NCBI GenBank assembly: GCA_964247055.1
Contig: OZ176055.1
Coordinates: forward strand, 9,114,001-9,178,000
Source: Paragordius varius
Taxonomy: Eukaryota; Animalia; Nematomorpha
Direction: 5' to 3'
Length of the DNA: 64,000 nucleotides
A program made the position numbers and the translations under genes. Positions 13,750 through 25,814 of this stretch are shown here, piece by piece. The notes under the pieces were generated by a model. It was not told the DNA's origin, did not search any database, and worked only from the letters and a program-made list of their open reading frames with translations. Positions within the stretch are counted from its first letter, which is position 1, and every line of letters begins with the position of its first letter.

Positions 13750-14463
13750 ATCAATAAATGTTTTTTGGATTTGAAAATATCGTTCCATTAGTTTTTAAAT
13801 AAATTTAATCCGGTTTTTTAACGCTGATGTTATATGTAATCAATGAAAATGGAAAATGTTTTTCATTGTTAATGTTTAGAATTCAAACTTTTCTTTGAGC
13901 CATCAGATTTAGATGTTTTAAAAAATTATAAATTTTTTTGCCTATTTTATGCAACTTCAACTAATGTCAAAAAACAGTAAAATGTTTGTAATATACCCCT
14001 CACTTCTTATAAACGTTAATTTAAGGCAGTAATAATATTTATGGGAATTATTTTATTAATCAAAACTATTATTTGGATTAGAACCGAAAAATACGGTTTC
14101 TTAAAAGCTTTTGAAAATTTAATTTATACAATAGAATGTTTTATTTTAACAAAGTTTTGTTGTGATCCTTTGTTACATCTTTTAAAGTAATTTAGATTTT
14201 TGCCCTTTTATTGTGCGATGACAATTCTTAAATATAAATATAAATAAAACCAATTTTAATTAAGTCTGCTTCTCATAAAATAATGGTATTTGAAACATTT
14301 TCAAACACTTTCAAAAAATAAACCGCTGAAATTGGTTAATAATAATATCGTTATTTCATTTCATGTTTCCATATCTTAAAATTTAAATTAAAATCATTCA
14401 TAAGAAATATGAATGATGAAAAAGGTTGCACGGTTTTTAGTCTCAAAATAGGTCTTTTATTTA

Positions 14464-14707
14464 CAGTGAAAATGGAAATTATACGGACAAAACTGAAAAT
14501 ATAAAGACAAATATTTTTTTCTAAAAGGCAACCATACTTTAATCTTGATTTTTTTAAATACTCATTGTTTTAACTACAAAGTAGAATATAGAAATGTTCT
14601 AACACAATCAATTATGTATTTTACGATTGATAAGTAAGGTTGTTTTTTGAAAAAAAATTCTGTCTTTATATTTTTACATTTTGTCCGTATAATTTTGATT
14701 TTTACTG
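14464..14707. mobile_element. Family-A MITE
   Basis: TA-CAGTGAAAATGGAAATTATACGGACAAAA ... TTTTGTCCGTATAATTTTGATTTTTACTG; ~60-80-bp TIRs. Confidence 0.85.
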
Positions 14708-14989
14708 TCTATTTTCACACAATTTAATAAAATAAATCCTAAATTATTCGTATATTGATCATCAAAAATCATTGTTTATATTATATCCCTATGTCTATAT
14801 ATGGGAATAAATGCGGAATTTAAGCACAATTATGCCGACCAAATAATTGACTCTTGAAAATATCATTTTATTGAATTATTTGTGAGTTTCCTTTCGCATA
14901 AAAAGAAGTTTCGCCGTTTACTTGTGTTTTAAATTTTATTTGACTATAAATCCGTATTTTAGATCCAGAAAAAGTAGGATATTGTACTA

Positions 14990-17032
14990 CACAGTGCGCA
15001 CAAAAAAATAAACAAACATGATTTTTATCTAAAAAAATAAGAAATCCCTTGGAAAAAAAGACCCCAAAAATTTTGGGGCAAAAATGCGCCCCAAAATGGA
15101 AATATTCCATTTTTCATTTTTGACTAGAAATAGATTTTTGTCCATATTTTTAAAACTTATTGAGCAAACATGATAAAACTTTTATATATTATATAAAACC
15201 TAATATATTCTTAAGAAAAATACATAAAATTATTTTAAAGTATCAATAATTTTTTTTATTCCACAAAAATAGAAATTCGTAAATTTTATGACATTGTCGA
15301 AATATATTATAAAAAAATTATTTGTAAGAACTCCATATTGTTATTATTATTTAAGTTTATGATTTATATATAACATAGCAAAGAGTTGGTAATATAATAA
15401 AGGCTATGTATCTTTTTAAGTCCCTCAAAAAATTTGTATTTTTTGAAAAATTTTCGCGATTTTGCATTTTCCTCACATGATTCTCACTGTTTCATAAATC
15501 CAGTAATCCTCACATGATTCTCACTGTTTCATAAATCCAGTAATCCGCAATTTTCAAATGCGAAAACTGAAAAAACCAATAAAACTTCAAAATTATGAAA
15601 TCCCCTTTACTTTGGATAAAAGTATATATATATTATTAAATAACATAGTTAATAAATTCAATTGCAAATTGAATAAAGACCTTTTCTGCTATATATATGG
15701 AAGGTATCATCGCCCTACAAATTTGATTAAAATAACTGAACAAATAATTACTTATTACAACATGTATTTTGCTTAGAAATTAGTTCATCACAAGGAAATA
15801 TGAGCCCACAGCAAGGTAATTATACCAATTCCGGTGGATGGCTACAGACCAGAATGGGGAACGGTTCCATCAAACGCTCAAACATATAGAAAAAACTATA
15901 TTAGTTCCAATAGTTGGTGAATACTATTGGAATCATTTTATGTCTGACTAATATATTCATTATGTATAAATAAATTTAAATTCTTATATGTATTTGAAGT
16001 GTTATTGTTGGGTTAGACTATCTTCAGAAATTAAACAACTGTTTTATAATCAGATTCATTGTATCGTATGGTTGGGAGTGTTTGAAGAGAAGTTACAGGA
16101 GCAATTTTTGCAAACGAAGTTTGTATTTGACAATATCTTGATAAGACCGGAACATTTTTATTTTAAAATTTTGTAGAAACCTAATTAAATATTCCTATTG
16201 TAAAAGAATGCTAAAAATTATATCGAATAAAAATAAATCCTTTATTATCAGTTTTTCAATATATATAATTGTATATTGTTTGATTTATAATTTGGCAATA
16301 GAGTTTTTGGAAGTAGATTATTTACAAATGTCAGAATAATTTTGGTGAAAGGAAAATTCTATATTATGATCAAAAGGTCTTTAATTAAATTTATTATCTA
16401 TAGATTAAATAGTATATAAACATTTATCCAAAGTAATGTAATGGAAATTTCATAATCTTGAAGTTTTATTGGTTTTTTCAGTATTCGCATTTGAAAATTG
16501 CGGATTACTGGATTTATGAAACAGTGAGAAGCATGTGAGGAAAATGCAACAAAAATCCGAAAATTTTTCAAAAAATACAAATTTTTTGAGGGACTTAAAA
16601 AGATAAATAGCCTTTATTATATATACAACTCTTTGGTATGTTATATATAAGTCATAAACTTAAATAATAATAACAATATGGAGTTCTTACAAATAATTTT
16701 TTTATAATATATTTCGACAATGTCATAAAATTTAAGAATTTCTATTTTTGTGGAATAAAAAAAATCATTGATATTTTAAAATAATTTTATGTATTTTTCT
16801 TAAGAATATATTAGGTTTTATATAATATATAAAAGTTTTTTCATTTTGCTCAAGTTTTAAAAATATGGACAAAAATCTATTTCTAGTCAAAAATGAAAAA
16901 ATGGAATATATCCATTTTGGGGCGCATTTTTGCCCCATAATTTTTAGGGTCTCTTTTTCCAAGGTATTTCTTATTATTCTAGATAAAAATCATGTTTGTT
17001 TATTTTTTTACCCCCCTTTTTTGCGCACAGTG
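14990..17032 (+). mobile_element. Non-autonomous Chapaev3/CMC-like DNA transposon with very long inverted arms
   Basis: Arms ~14990-15685 and ~16373-17032 are near-identical inverted copies. Termini CACAGTGCGCA and TGCGCACAGTG. 3-bp TSD CTA (14987-14989, 17033-17035). Internal decayed transposase N-terminus CKLNKDLFCYIYGRY...ITEQIITYYNMYF..KL...*AH at 15663-15820. Confidence 0.75.
15471..15544. repeat. Perfect 37-bp tandem duplication
   Basis: CCTCACATGATTCTCACTGTTTCATAAATCCAGTAAT x2. Confidence 0.95.
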
Positions 17033-17343
17033 CTATATAAAAAACTTATGTAATTTAGAGGTTTCTAGCTCATTATTTTTACATTTTTAAATTTCCTGTT
17101 ACTATTTCATAACATAGTTTGAAAAAAATAGGCTGTAAATTGTGTAAAATGGAAACGAAATTAAAATTATTTATCCAAAAAACAATGAAACCGTAGTTAT
17201 TTCGTCCCATGCCGTTCGTTTTTTTAAAAAATTATGTGGTATTAAAAACTGATGCAAAAAAATACGCTTTAGGTATTCCCAAATGTACTACGCACGGTTT
17301 AAAACTACCACCAATTATATATTTTAATAAATTATACTTTCAG

Positions 17344-17383
<40 letters not shown>

Positions 17384-17792
17384 TATTTTTAAAAATTTAG
17401 GGTAACATATTTCAAAATCACTTATTTCCTTTTTTATTAATGGCTACTAAGGACTTGAATTTTATGAAGTAAAGAATCCATGAATGCTTGAAGACTCCAA
17501 GGGCTGACAGTGATAATTGACTGATTGTGCAATTTTGAGTTCTAATGACAGAACACACCATAGTGTAAAAATTGTAGGCGGAACCCTACCAAGTAAACCA
17601 TCACGCCGTATAAAATGCAAAATACTCTTAGAAATGTTATATGGATTATGACTTATTAGAAATTAAAATTTGCCCGATTTTTCTATTAGGTTAGGCACTA
17701 AGATTTAAATCATAATCTTGTATATCATAATTTTTTGGAAAACATGGAAAAAAAATACTAAATGGTCACACAGATAATCTAACACCCTAAAT

Positions 17793-18327
17793 TAGGAGTG
17801 TCCGTTGCGGCCCTCTTAGACATTTTATTCGGACCGCGAATTTGGAAATATAAAAAATATGCTCACAATACCTTAGTAAAATTGGTTTTTTTTAATAAAA
17901 AATTCTAAAAATGTCTATCTAATTGACAACTAGAAAAAAATATTTTGTGTTTGCATTTTACAGTCACTAGGTGTTTGTAATCTAATAAAATAATTATGAA
18001 TATTTATATGTGTTTCAAACGCGGCCCACCTCATTGAGTTAAAAAGCGGCCATCGAGCCAGAGGCGTAGCTTGCATTTCTGGCGCCCGATGCATGAATCC
18101 GTGATGGCTCACCCTTGCCCTCCATGCAATCCCTTGCACGTTAAAAAAAATAATCAATTTCAAACCGTGGTCAGGACCAATTATAAATGGTTATTTTTTT
18201 ATGTATTATTATTAAAATAATAACTTTTAAATACCTATTTTATTGAAATAAAATTGAAATTTTTAAAATCCGGCACCCCCCCCCCTAGCTAGGCCACAGC
18301 ATCGAGCCATTTGTGTCTACACCCCGG
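17793..18327. mobile_element. hAT (Charlie-like) MITE carrying a nested second hAT MITE
   Basis: Perfect 8-bp TSD CCCTAAAT at 17785-17792 and 18328-18335. Ends TAGGAGTGTCC and ACACCCCGG. Confidence 0.75.
18059..18299 (+). mobile_element. hAT MITE (CAGWGGCGTAGC family), nested
   Basis: TIR CAGAGGCGTAGC / GCTAGGCCACAG. Perfect 8-bp TSD CATCGAGC (18051-18058, 18300-18307). Body homologous to 21975-22248. Confidence 0.85.
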
Positions 18328-18489
18328 CCCTAAATATTTTTTCATGTCTCCGTTCAATTAAGTCAAGTTTATAGACAAAATTGGATGGAATTGCAAATAT
18401 CATCATAACATCCTACTCATAAAAAAATACTGGAGAAATTATATATAAAACATGGAATATATCAGGATAGAAATCTATATATTCATAAA

Positions 18490-19170
18490 ACTGGAAAATG
18501 CTGGCTTTGTGATCTGTTTCCGGAAAACCGGTAGACCCATTCAAATCCAAATGTCGAAAAATAATCATTAATGAATACCCCGACAATAGCTTCGCCTTTT
18601 TTTGAATTAGGCCCCCAGTTCGGGCCCACCCCGTGTAACAAAACGGTTTTTTGAAAAGTCCACAAAAATCCGGGTCTTTGAGACAATTTTACGGAAAACG
18701 TGTTGGACCATTTGATTTCCAATATGATTTTTTTTACTTTTTTTTCAATTGCGCCGGACATAGTCGGCTCGCTTTTTTAATTTAGGCCCTCTTTTTACCC
18801 GCTCCCCCCGTAAAATGCCATTTTTTCAAAAAAATTAAATCCAATCTATTTTTCGCCAAGGGAGACCGTAAAAATTCAATAAGGATTCCACGTTTTCCCT
18901 GTTAAAAGGCAAAAATTTTAGTCCCGCGTTTCTTTGATGATAGCGCTGGGTAAGGAGCTACCCGCGAAAAAACTGACCCGTCATAGAGAAATAGCGTGCT
19001 TTTGTGGCTAAATTTTAGATAACCTATCAAGTCATATGAGTTCAATAGCTACTTAAAGCATTACCCGTAACAAGGCAAAAATTTAGATCGTGCGGTTTTT
19101 TAGAATTATGCGTTAGGGCCCTTCACGCCCGAAAAAATGCGGTACCATAGAATGATTTTTTAATTTTTAA
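18490..19170 (-). repeat. Second copy of the ~670-bp unclassified repeat
   Basis: Inverted homolog of 3280-3945. Confidence 0.8.
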
Positions 19171-20683
19171 GTAATTTTTCCAAAAACTAATGAGAGCACA
19201 TAATAACTAAAGAAATAGTCTAGAAGCGAAAATATTGTAAATTTTGTTGAAGGTTTTTAACACTTTTACCTTATTAATTTTGTATCAGAGGTATAAATTG
19301 GACCCATTATAAATATATCATTTCTTTAGCTTTTTAATCGCATAATTTAGAACACATCTTAGATAAACGTATATTTGTTAAAAAATCTTCATCGCACACT
19401 TTTGCGGCGCCATTTTTTTCTGAGGATTTTTTTAAAAAAAAACTAACAAGTAAATTATATAGTTAAAAAGTGTGAATTATTAACTTTTAAAAATATTTTA
19501 GCACCAAATTTTTGGTATTTCCACATTTTAAAGTCGCCTGTTCGTTTCAATTTTAGACTATCACGTTTTTGACTCTCTAAGTTTAAAAACTGTCAAAAAA
19601 TAGCATAACCCTTTTTATCAAATTCAGGAGAATAGAGTTTGATTTTTAAATTTTAACTTAAACAACCTACAATACAGTAGGTTTTCATACAAGTTTAAGG
19701 TCTGGAATACAAAACTTCCATGTAATTGTCTAAAAAAATGCAATGTAAACACAAGCATTAAGTGGTTTAAAATGTTTAAATTTGATTTTTAACAAAAAAA
19801 GAAATTGTTAGGTCGATGGCAATTTTACATATTAAATGATAATTCTAACCACATAATATTTAATTGATGCACAATTACATCATTAGTGCTGTATAATTAC
19901 ATATTATGTTAATTGTGATGATCAATTATTTCATAATATAACATTAACTACTGTATGTATATAAACCGATTAGGTTTTACTAAATAAATAGTGTGGTTGT
20001 TTCTCCTGATATCTCATATAACTTTTTCTTCTCTTGGAAACACAGCACGAAGGTACTTTAAATTTATTTATAAAATACAGTAACAGCACTATTTATAAGT
20101 CATATGTATTTTAAAAAGACTTGAATACAACACATTAATTCAAGTCCTTCGATTCAAATAGGGGTCGTTGGTGACCCCAGACCTGATTAAAATCAAGTAA
20201 TTTAAAAATATGGAATAAGAAACCATTGCAAACCAAAATTTAAAAAAAGGATTCATTCATAAAAACTTGACATTATATATTTTATGGATAAAAACCTAAA
20301 GATAAATTTAGTTAACATGATATGTGTGCATTGGCTAAATAATAATGTAAAAACCATTCAATTTATATTAATGCTATGTATATTGTTTTATAAATTAACT
20401 TTAATTTAGCATTAGAAAAAAAATACGATATTTACAAAAATGTTAAATAAAAATGGCGTCAAAGTAGTATGATATGGATTTTTAAAAAATTTTATTGTGC
20501 TAGGATATACTTAAAATTTAATCGTCACTTTTAGTAGTTTTTTTGATAATATCAGTATAAATATGGTCGAATTCCAATTTGAATCGAGGTATTAAAGGAT
20601 ATATAATTTATATGACAGTAGCCATGTATGTTTCGTTTCTATTATTTTAATGAAAATTGTGAAGAAAAAATACTATTCAATTA

Positions 20684-20932
20684 CAGTATAAATTGAAATT
20701 ATACGACAAAACGTTTTCTAAAAGACAACCATACTTTAAACCTTAATTTTTCTTTAAGGATGGTAAAATATCAAATTGATTGTTTTAGTAATGTATATAA
20801 ATCTACTTCTCACTTTCCAATATTAAATAAAAATATATATTCAAAAAAATAAAGAAAAATTATGCTTGTCTTTGAGAAAAAAATATCTATTTATATTTTT
20901 AGGTTTTGTCCGTATAATTTCAATTTTTACTG
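20684..20932. mobile_element. Family-A MITE
   Basis: TA-CAGTATAAATTGAAATTATACG ... GTCCGTATAATTTCAATTTTTACTG-TA. Confidence 0.85.
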
Positions 20933-21079
20933 TAAATATGTAACTAATAAAATAAAAAATCTCATACATGGCTATCGACATCAAAATTAAATACCCTTTA
21001 GCCATTTATGATAGAGATATAGCCTATAATAGTCTCGTTTCTGTATAATAATACTCTGATTTTTATCAATAATTTACAA

Positions 21080-21323
21080 CAGGGGCGCTCAACATACGGC
21101 CCTCCAAAATATTTTTGCAGCCCTCGAGAAATTTCAATTACAAAATTCAAAATCTAAAAATGCTTTTTTTAAATAAATTTTAACAGAATTTTGGCTGGCA
21201 TTGAACTAGCGAAAAATTGTTAAAATAAATAATAGTTTTTACAGCCTTATGTTTGAAATCTGATAAAAAATTTGTTAATTTCGATATATTTTTCGAATGC
21301 CCCCCTTTGTGTTGGACTCCCTG
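21080..21323. mobile_element. hAT (Charlie-like) MITE
   Basis: Ends CAGGGGCGCTCAACA / TGTTGGACTCCCTG. Flanking 8-mers ATTTACAA / GTTTACAT (6/8 match). Confidence 0.65.
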
Positions 21324-21974
21324 GTTTACATTTATGTTAATTTGATAGATGATAATTGTTTTAATAAGTGTGACTTTTCAGCGTTGACGAGAGCATTTAA
21401 CTAAGTTACATTCACCCAAATTCGATTATATACTAAAGGCCCAGATTTATTTTTTAATTTGAAGGATTTAGAAAAATTCTTCAAATTAGTGCAATATTCT
21501 TTTTATGTACCTATGTTATAAATAAAAAAAGTTTTGAATCATATTTACTCCAAAGTACGCAAAATGTTGATTTAGTTTTTATTTTTATTTATGTAAGCCC
21601 ATTATTATTTTAAGAATAAAATCAGATGTCCTAATCACCATATATTTCAACCCTGTGGTTCCTTTTACACCTAAAATTTAAAATAAAATTCATTAAAAAT
21701 ACCTAAGTTTTGTTAAAACCTAGAGTTAATTTAAAACAAATAAGATCAAGTAAAGGGTGTGCGTCGGAAGATCGTCGTCCCTAGCCCCCCGTAACGCATG
21801 GAGCTTTAGAGCGGGGAGACACATTGGAGGTTGGGTTTGATATTAGTAATCTACACACATAAATAAATGCCTTTATGTTCGGTGTGTTATTGTCAAATGA
21901 ATAGAAAAATGAAAAATAAACTAAAATAAAACTAAATAAAATGGTAAAACCTTTCCAGCTTAAAATTTAAAACA

Positions 21975-22248
21975 TTAGCTTACATTTCTGGCGCCCGATT
22001 CATGAATCCATGATGACGCCCCTTCCCCTCTTTGTGACTTCTTGCATTTTAAAAAATTTATTCAAATTTATACCATGGTCAGGACCGACCACTCATAAAT
22101 GGGTGTTTTTTATGTATTATTTAAAGTAATAACTTTTAACATTCCAATTTTTTTGAAATAATATTAGAAATTTTAAAATCCGGGCACCTTCAACTATGGC
22201 GCCTGGAGCATGAGCCCCCCTTCCACCATCTATCTAGCTACGCCTCTG
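21975..22248 (+). mobile_element. hAT MITE (CAGWGGCGTAGC family), left end eroded
   Basis: Colinear with 18059-18299 (CATTTCTGGCGCCCGAT.CATGAATCC, GGTCAGGACC). Right TIR TAGCTACGCCTCTG. Confidence 0.75.
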
Positions 22249-25200
22249 GTTATTGTAGAATGGTTGATAAGCTTATATATATATATATCATTTACAGTTT
22301 AAATTCATCTTAAAATAATGTGTTTTTTTAAGATTAACAATTACCTTTATTTTTTAATAGTTTTAAAATATGAAATACTGTTTAAAATTAATATAATGCT
22401 GAAAAAATAATAAACTATGTCGAAATATATCATATGATGAGTGTTTGAATGAAAACACATAATAATTTGAATTGTTCGAGGCGAATTTGAATTGTTTAAG
22501 GGGGATTTTGAAGTGTAATGTTAATTTCACCGTGTTAGGGATGTAAAAACCGATATGGATTCATGAATGTGCCCACTTTTAAAAAACGAGCTGCCAAAAG
22601 TATTTAATATGGGTATATTAACTGATCTATTACATCTAAAAATTAATTATGCCAAAATGTTAAATTTACTACGATTTGAATTATGATTTTTTTCTTATTA
22701 AATCTATTATTACTAAAAGCAAAATATTTTAACCAAAAAATGTTTAGTTTCACCATTTATAAATTGGTTTAGGAAGTTTTTTCTACAATATTTTTTTGCA
22801 GAAACATATAATAACATTTATTTACAATCCATCCTATTTCATTAAAGTAACTGGTTCTCAGAACTAGCATAAATTATATATTTTGTCTTCTCCACAGACA
22901 CACTCTTTACTAAATGTGATGACAATGAAAAATATTAGAAAAAAATATTTAGTGGGGGAAAGGAAGGGGCTAGGCGACTGTTGTTATTTAAAGCATGACA
23001 GTTTTTTAACCAAAATTACGCGAAAATACTAGATGACTAAACAATATATTAATATTAATCTCTTCTCCATTTATGAAAAATAAATCTATTTTTATATTTA
23101 CGAACAAATATGTGAAAAATGGTATATTTTATTATCTCTGTGGAGAGCTGAAATATATAAAAATATTTTGTGTGTAAACACAACAATCTGTTGTTAATGG
23201 TTAATTTATTAAATGTCTGGACAACTCAGAGAAAGAGTTTATAAAGAATGTGACTCTAGATATATATATATATAAATACAAGAAACCCACAAAAATTCAA
23301 TGTCAAATTCTGTAAAGGAAAAAAAGATAAATTACCAAATAAATGTCATACAAACATACATATATATACTGTGTGGAGTAATATATTTTTAGGTAGTCTC
23401 TCAAAAATTATCAATCTTACGATACATTTTAAATGTTTTGTGAAAAATATGCATCTAAAAATAAAATCAAGTATCATCTTGGATTTATTCTGCAAATTCT
23501 CACAAAATTTATAATGAAAAAAAAATTTTTTTTGATTTGAAATATTTACAAAGGGGTGTTTGTTATATGTCGTCAAAAAAATATAATTATATATCGATTG
23601 ATTAATTCATCGATCAATCTCGATTGATTTTAGGGAAAAGTCAATATTTGCTAAAATATTGACATAGATCAATTTTGAGTGAAGATATTATCTGTTATGT
23701 AAACATTGATGGTTTTCACACATATTCTAAATAAAATGTAAGATGGTGGTCAATTTTAGTATATGACTTATTTAAATAAACATATATAAATATATGAATT
23801 ATCTGATTTTTATGGATCTTGAAAATATAAAATTTTGATTTATATTTCAGAATAATATGTACATCTAAGAATGACCTTCACCTATATATATACATAATAT
23901 ATATTTACCTAAGCAGGCAGAAAATTTGTTATGATAAAAGAAAAAAAAGAACCTTTCTGATCTCACTCTCTCTGGAATCTTTTAACAAAAAAATAATTTT
24001 TATCTTTTTCTTATTGTTAAAAAAAAATTTGGTTTTTTTTGGCATTCATAATTTTATTTTACGACTTATCCAAAAATATTCGGGCTCTTCCAAATAAATT
24101 AGGTATATCAATTTGGATATTTTCATCTTAAATTTTATTATTGCCGCATACTTCTCAACTCCGCAATAAAAATATTAATCATATATACAATTAGAGAATA
24201 TTGGAAACAATATTGAAAAATTAATTTAAATTCCTCGTATATGTAGTTTTAAATAATTTTGAATTCCTATATCTAGCCACCTTAAAGTTTTTATTGAAAT
24301 ACATGATTTTTTCACAATCCTATATATAAAAATATATATAATCATAGCATCCAAAATAATTTTACAACACAAAAAACCATCTTAATTTATTCTATTCCTC
24401 ATATTTTTGTATGAATTGCTTGTCTTAAACACTATTTTTGGATGACTTTGCACAATACTAACTAACCAACTAACTAACTATTTTCGAGAAACTCGACATG
24501 TGAACACCGTCAGTTATTTTTTATCAAAATTGGTCACACGAACGATGATATAAGATAACAAGTTTTTGAAGCCAAAAACTTTTATACTATCTTTATTTTG
24601 GTTTCCAGCTCTATCTATGTATGTTTAATTTTAAAGCATATTTTAGATCCAAAAAGATATTTAAATTTTATACGTATGGCCGTTATCCCAATTTATCTTT
24701 GCTAAATTCTCTCCATACATATTGAATAGCAGTTTATATAAAAAGATGACTTATTAAAAACGCTTTTTTTGCATTTTATTTTCTCAGTAAAATTTTCATA
24801 AAAAACCGAACGTATTTTAATGATATATCTATTTAGCCTGATAATGAGTTCAAAAATTATTATTTTTATTATTTATACATTGTTAAAGCATACATATAAA
24901 TAAGTATGACACGAGAGTAGCTGATCTTACAACTATACTAAGTATATATTCATTCTTCACATATATTCCTTTATATTCATCATATATCTCGCGTGAACAA
25001 TATATATTATATGAAATTATTCTAAAAAAGATATTTTTTCCATATTTTCTTTTATTTTATTTTTGGATAAGTTTAAAAATAGAAATCTTTTGAAAAGTTG
25101 ACATATTCCCAGTTCGCTTCCCTAAGGATATTTTGTGGTCGGATCCATATATCTAAACTTTTTTTTATTTTTTGTTAATTACTACTGCACAAAATCCAAT

Positions 25201-25814
25201 GTATCATCAATTATTAATTAAACCATTATAAAAACAGGTATATTAAATAATAACACAATTTTTTTACAAAATATGGTTTTTTTTATATTAAAATAATGAG
25301 AATATGATTTTAAGAAAAACAAAGTTACAATTTAAATATGAATGATGTCCCCTACGAAACTGAGATTTTTTGAGATTTCATTTTTTTTACAAAATATTAA
25401 TTTTTGATATGATGTGCGAAAACCACAAAACATTAAACACAGTAAAGACAGACTAATTTAAGATATATATTACCTTTAACCTTTTGCCTTTACTATTAAC
25501 CAGGAGATAAAAAAATAAATTATCATTCATTTTTTGTTTGACAAAAAATAATATAGAAATAATTTAAGCCTTTATTTTACGCAATGTTGAAATGAAATGT
25601 TGGTAGGGGGTGGGGGGGGAGTCATTGACCCCAAGATCTAACTAAATTACAAAGTTGACGTGTTGATAGGAAGACAAAACAGTATAAAAGCAATGAAATA
25701 TAACCCAAATTCACTAAATTTTTATTTTTTTTTCTCCTTCTACTACATCTTATTTCACCCCGCACACATCTGATAAATTTTGATATATCCTAGATAAAAT
25801 CCCACATTTTGAGA

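Noticed and set aside
14990-15020. CACAGTG terminus equals the V(D)J RSS heptamer (Transib/RAG-like)
   Set aside because: No properly spaced nonamer, the TSD is 3 bp rather than 5 bp, and the coding remnant is Chapaev-like.
14868-17053. Paired similar ORFs (14868-15110 with 16865-17053; 15558-15776 with 16398-16580) suggesting duplicated genes
   Set aside because: They are chance frames in the two inverted arms of the transposon.
17440-17560. Sm-site-like AATTTTGAG suggesting an snRNA or SL RNA
   Set aside because: No recognisable U1/U2/U4/U5/U6 or SL sequence or stem pattern around it.
21764-21778. TCGGAAGATCGTCGT is 14/15 identical to an Illumina adapter
   Set aside because: The match does not extend on either side; chance similarity in a GC-rich repeat end is more likely.
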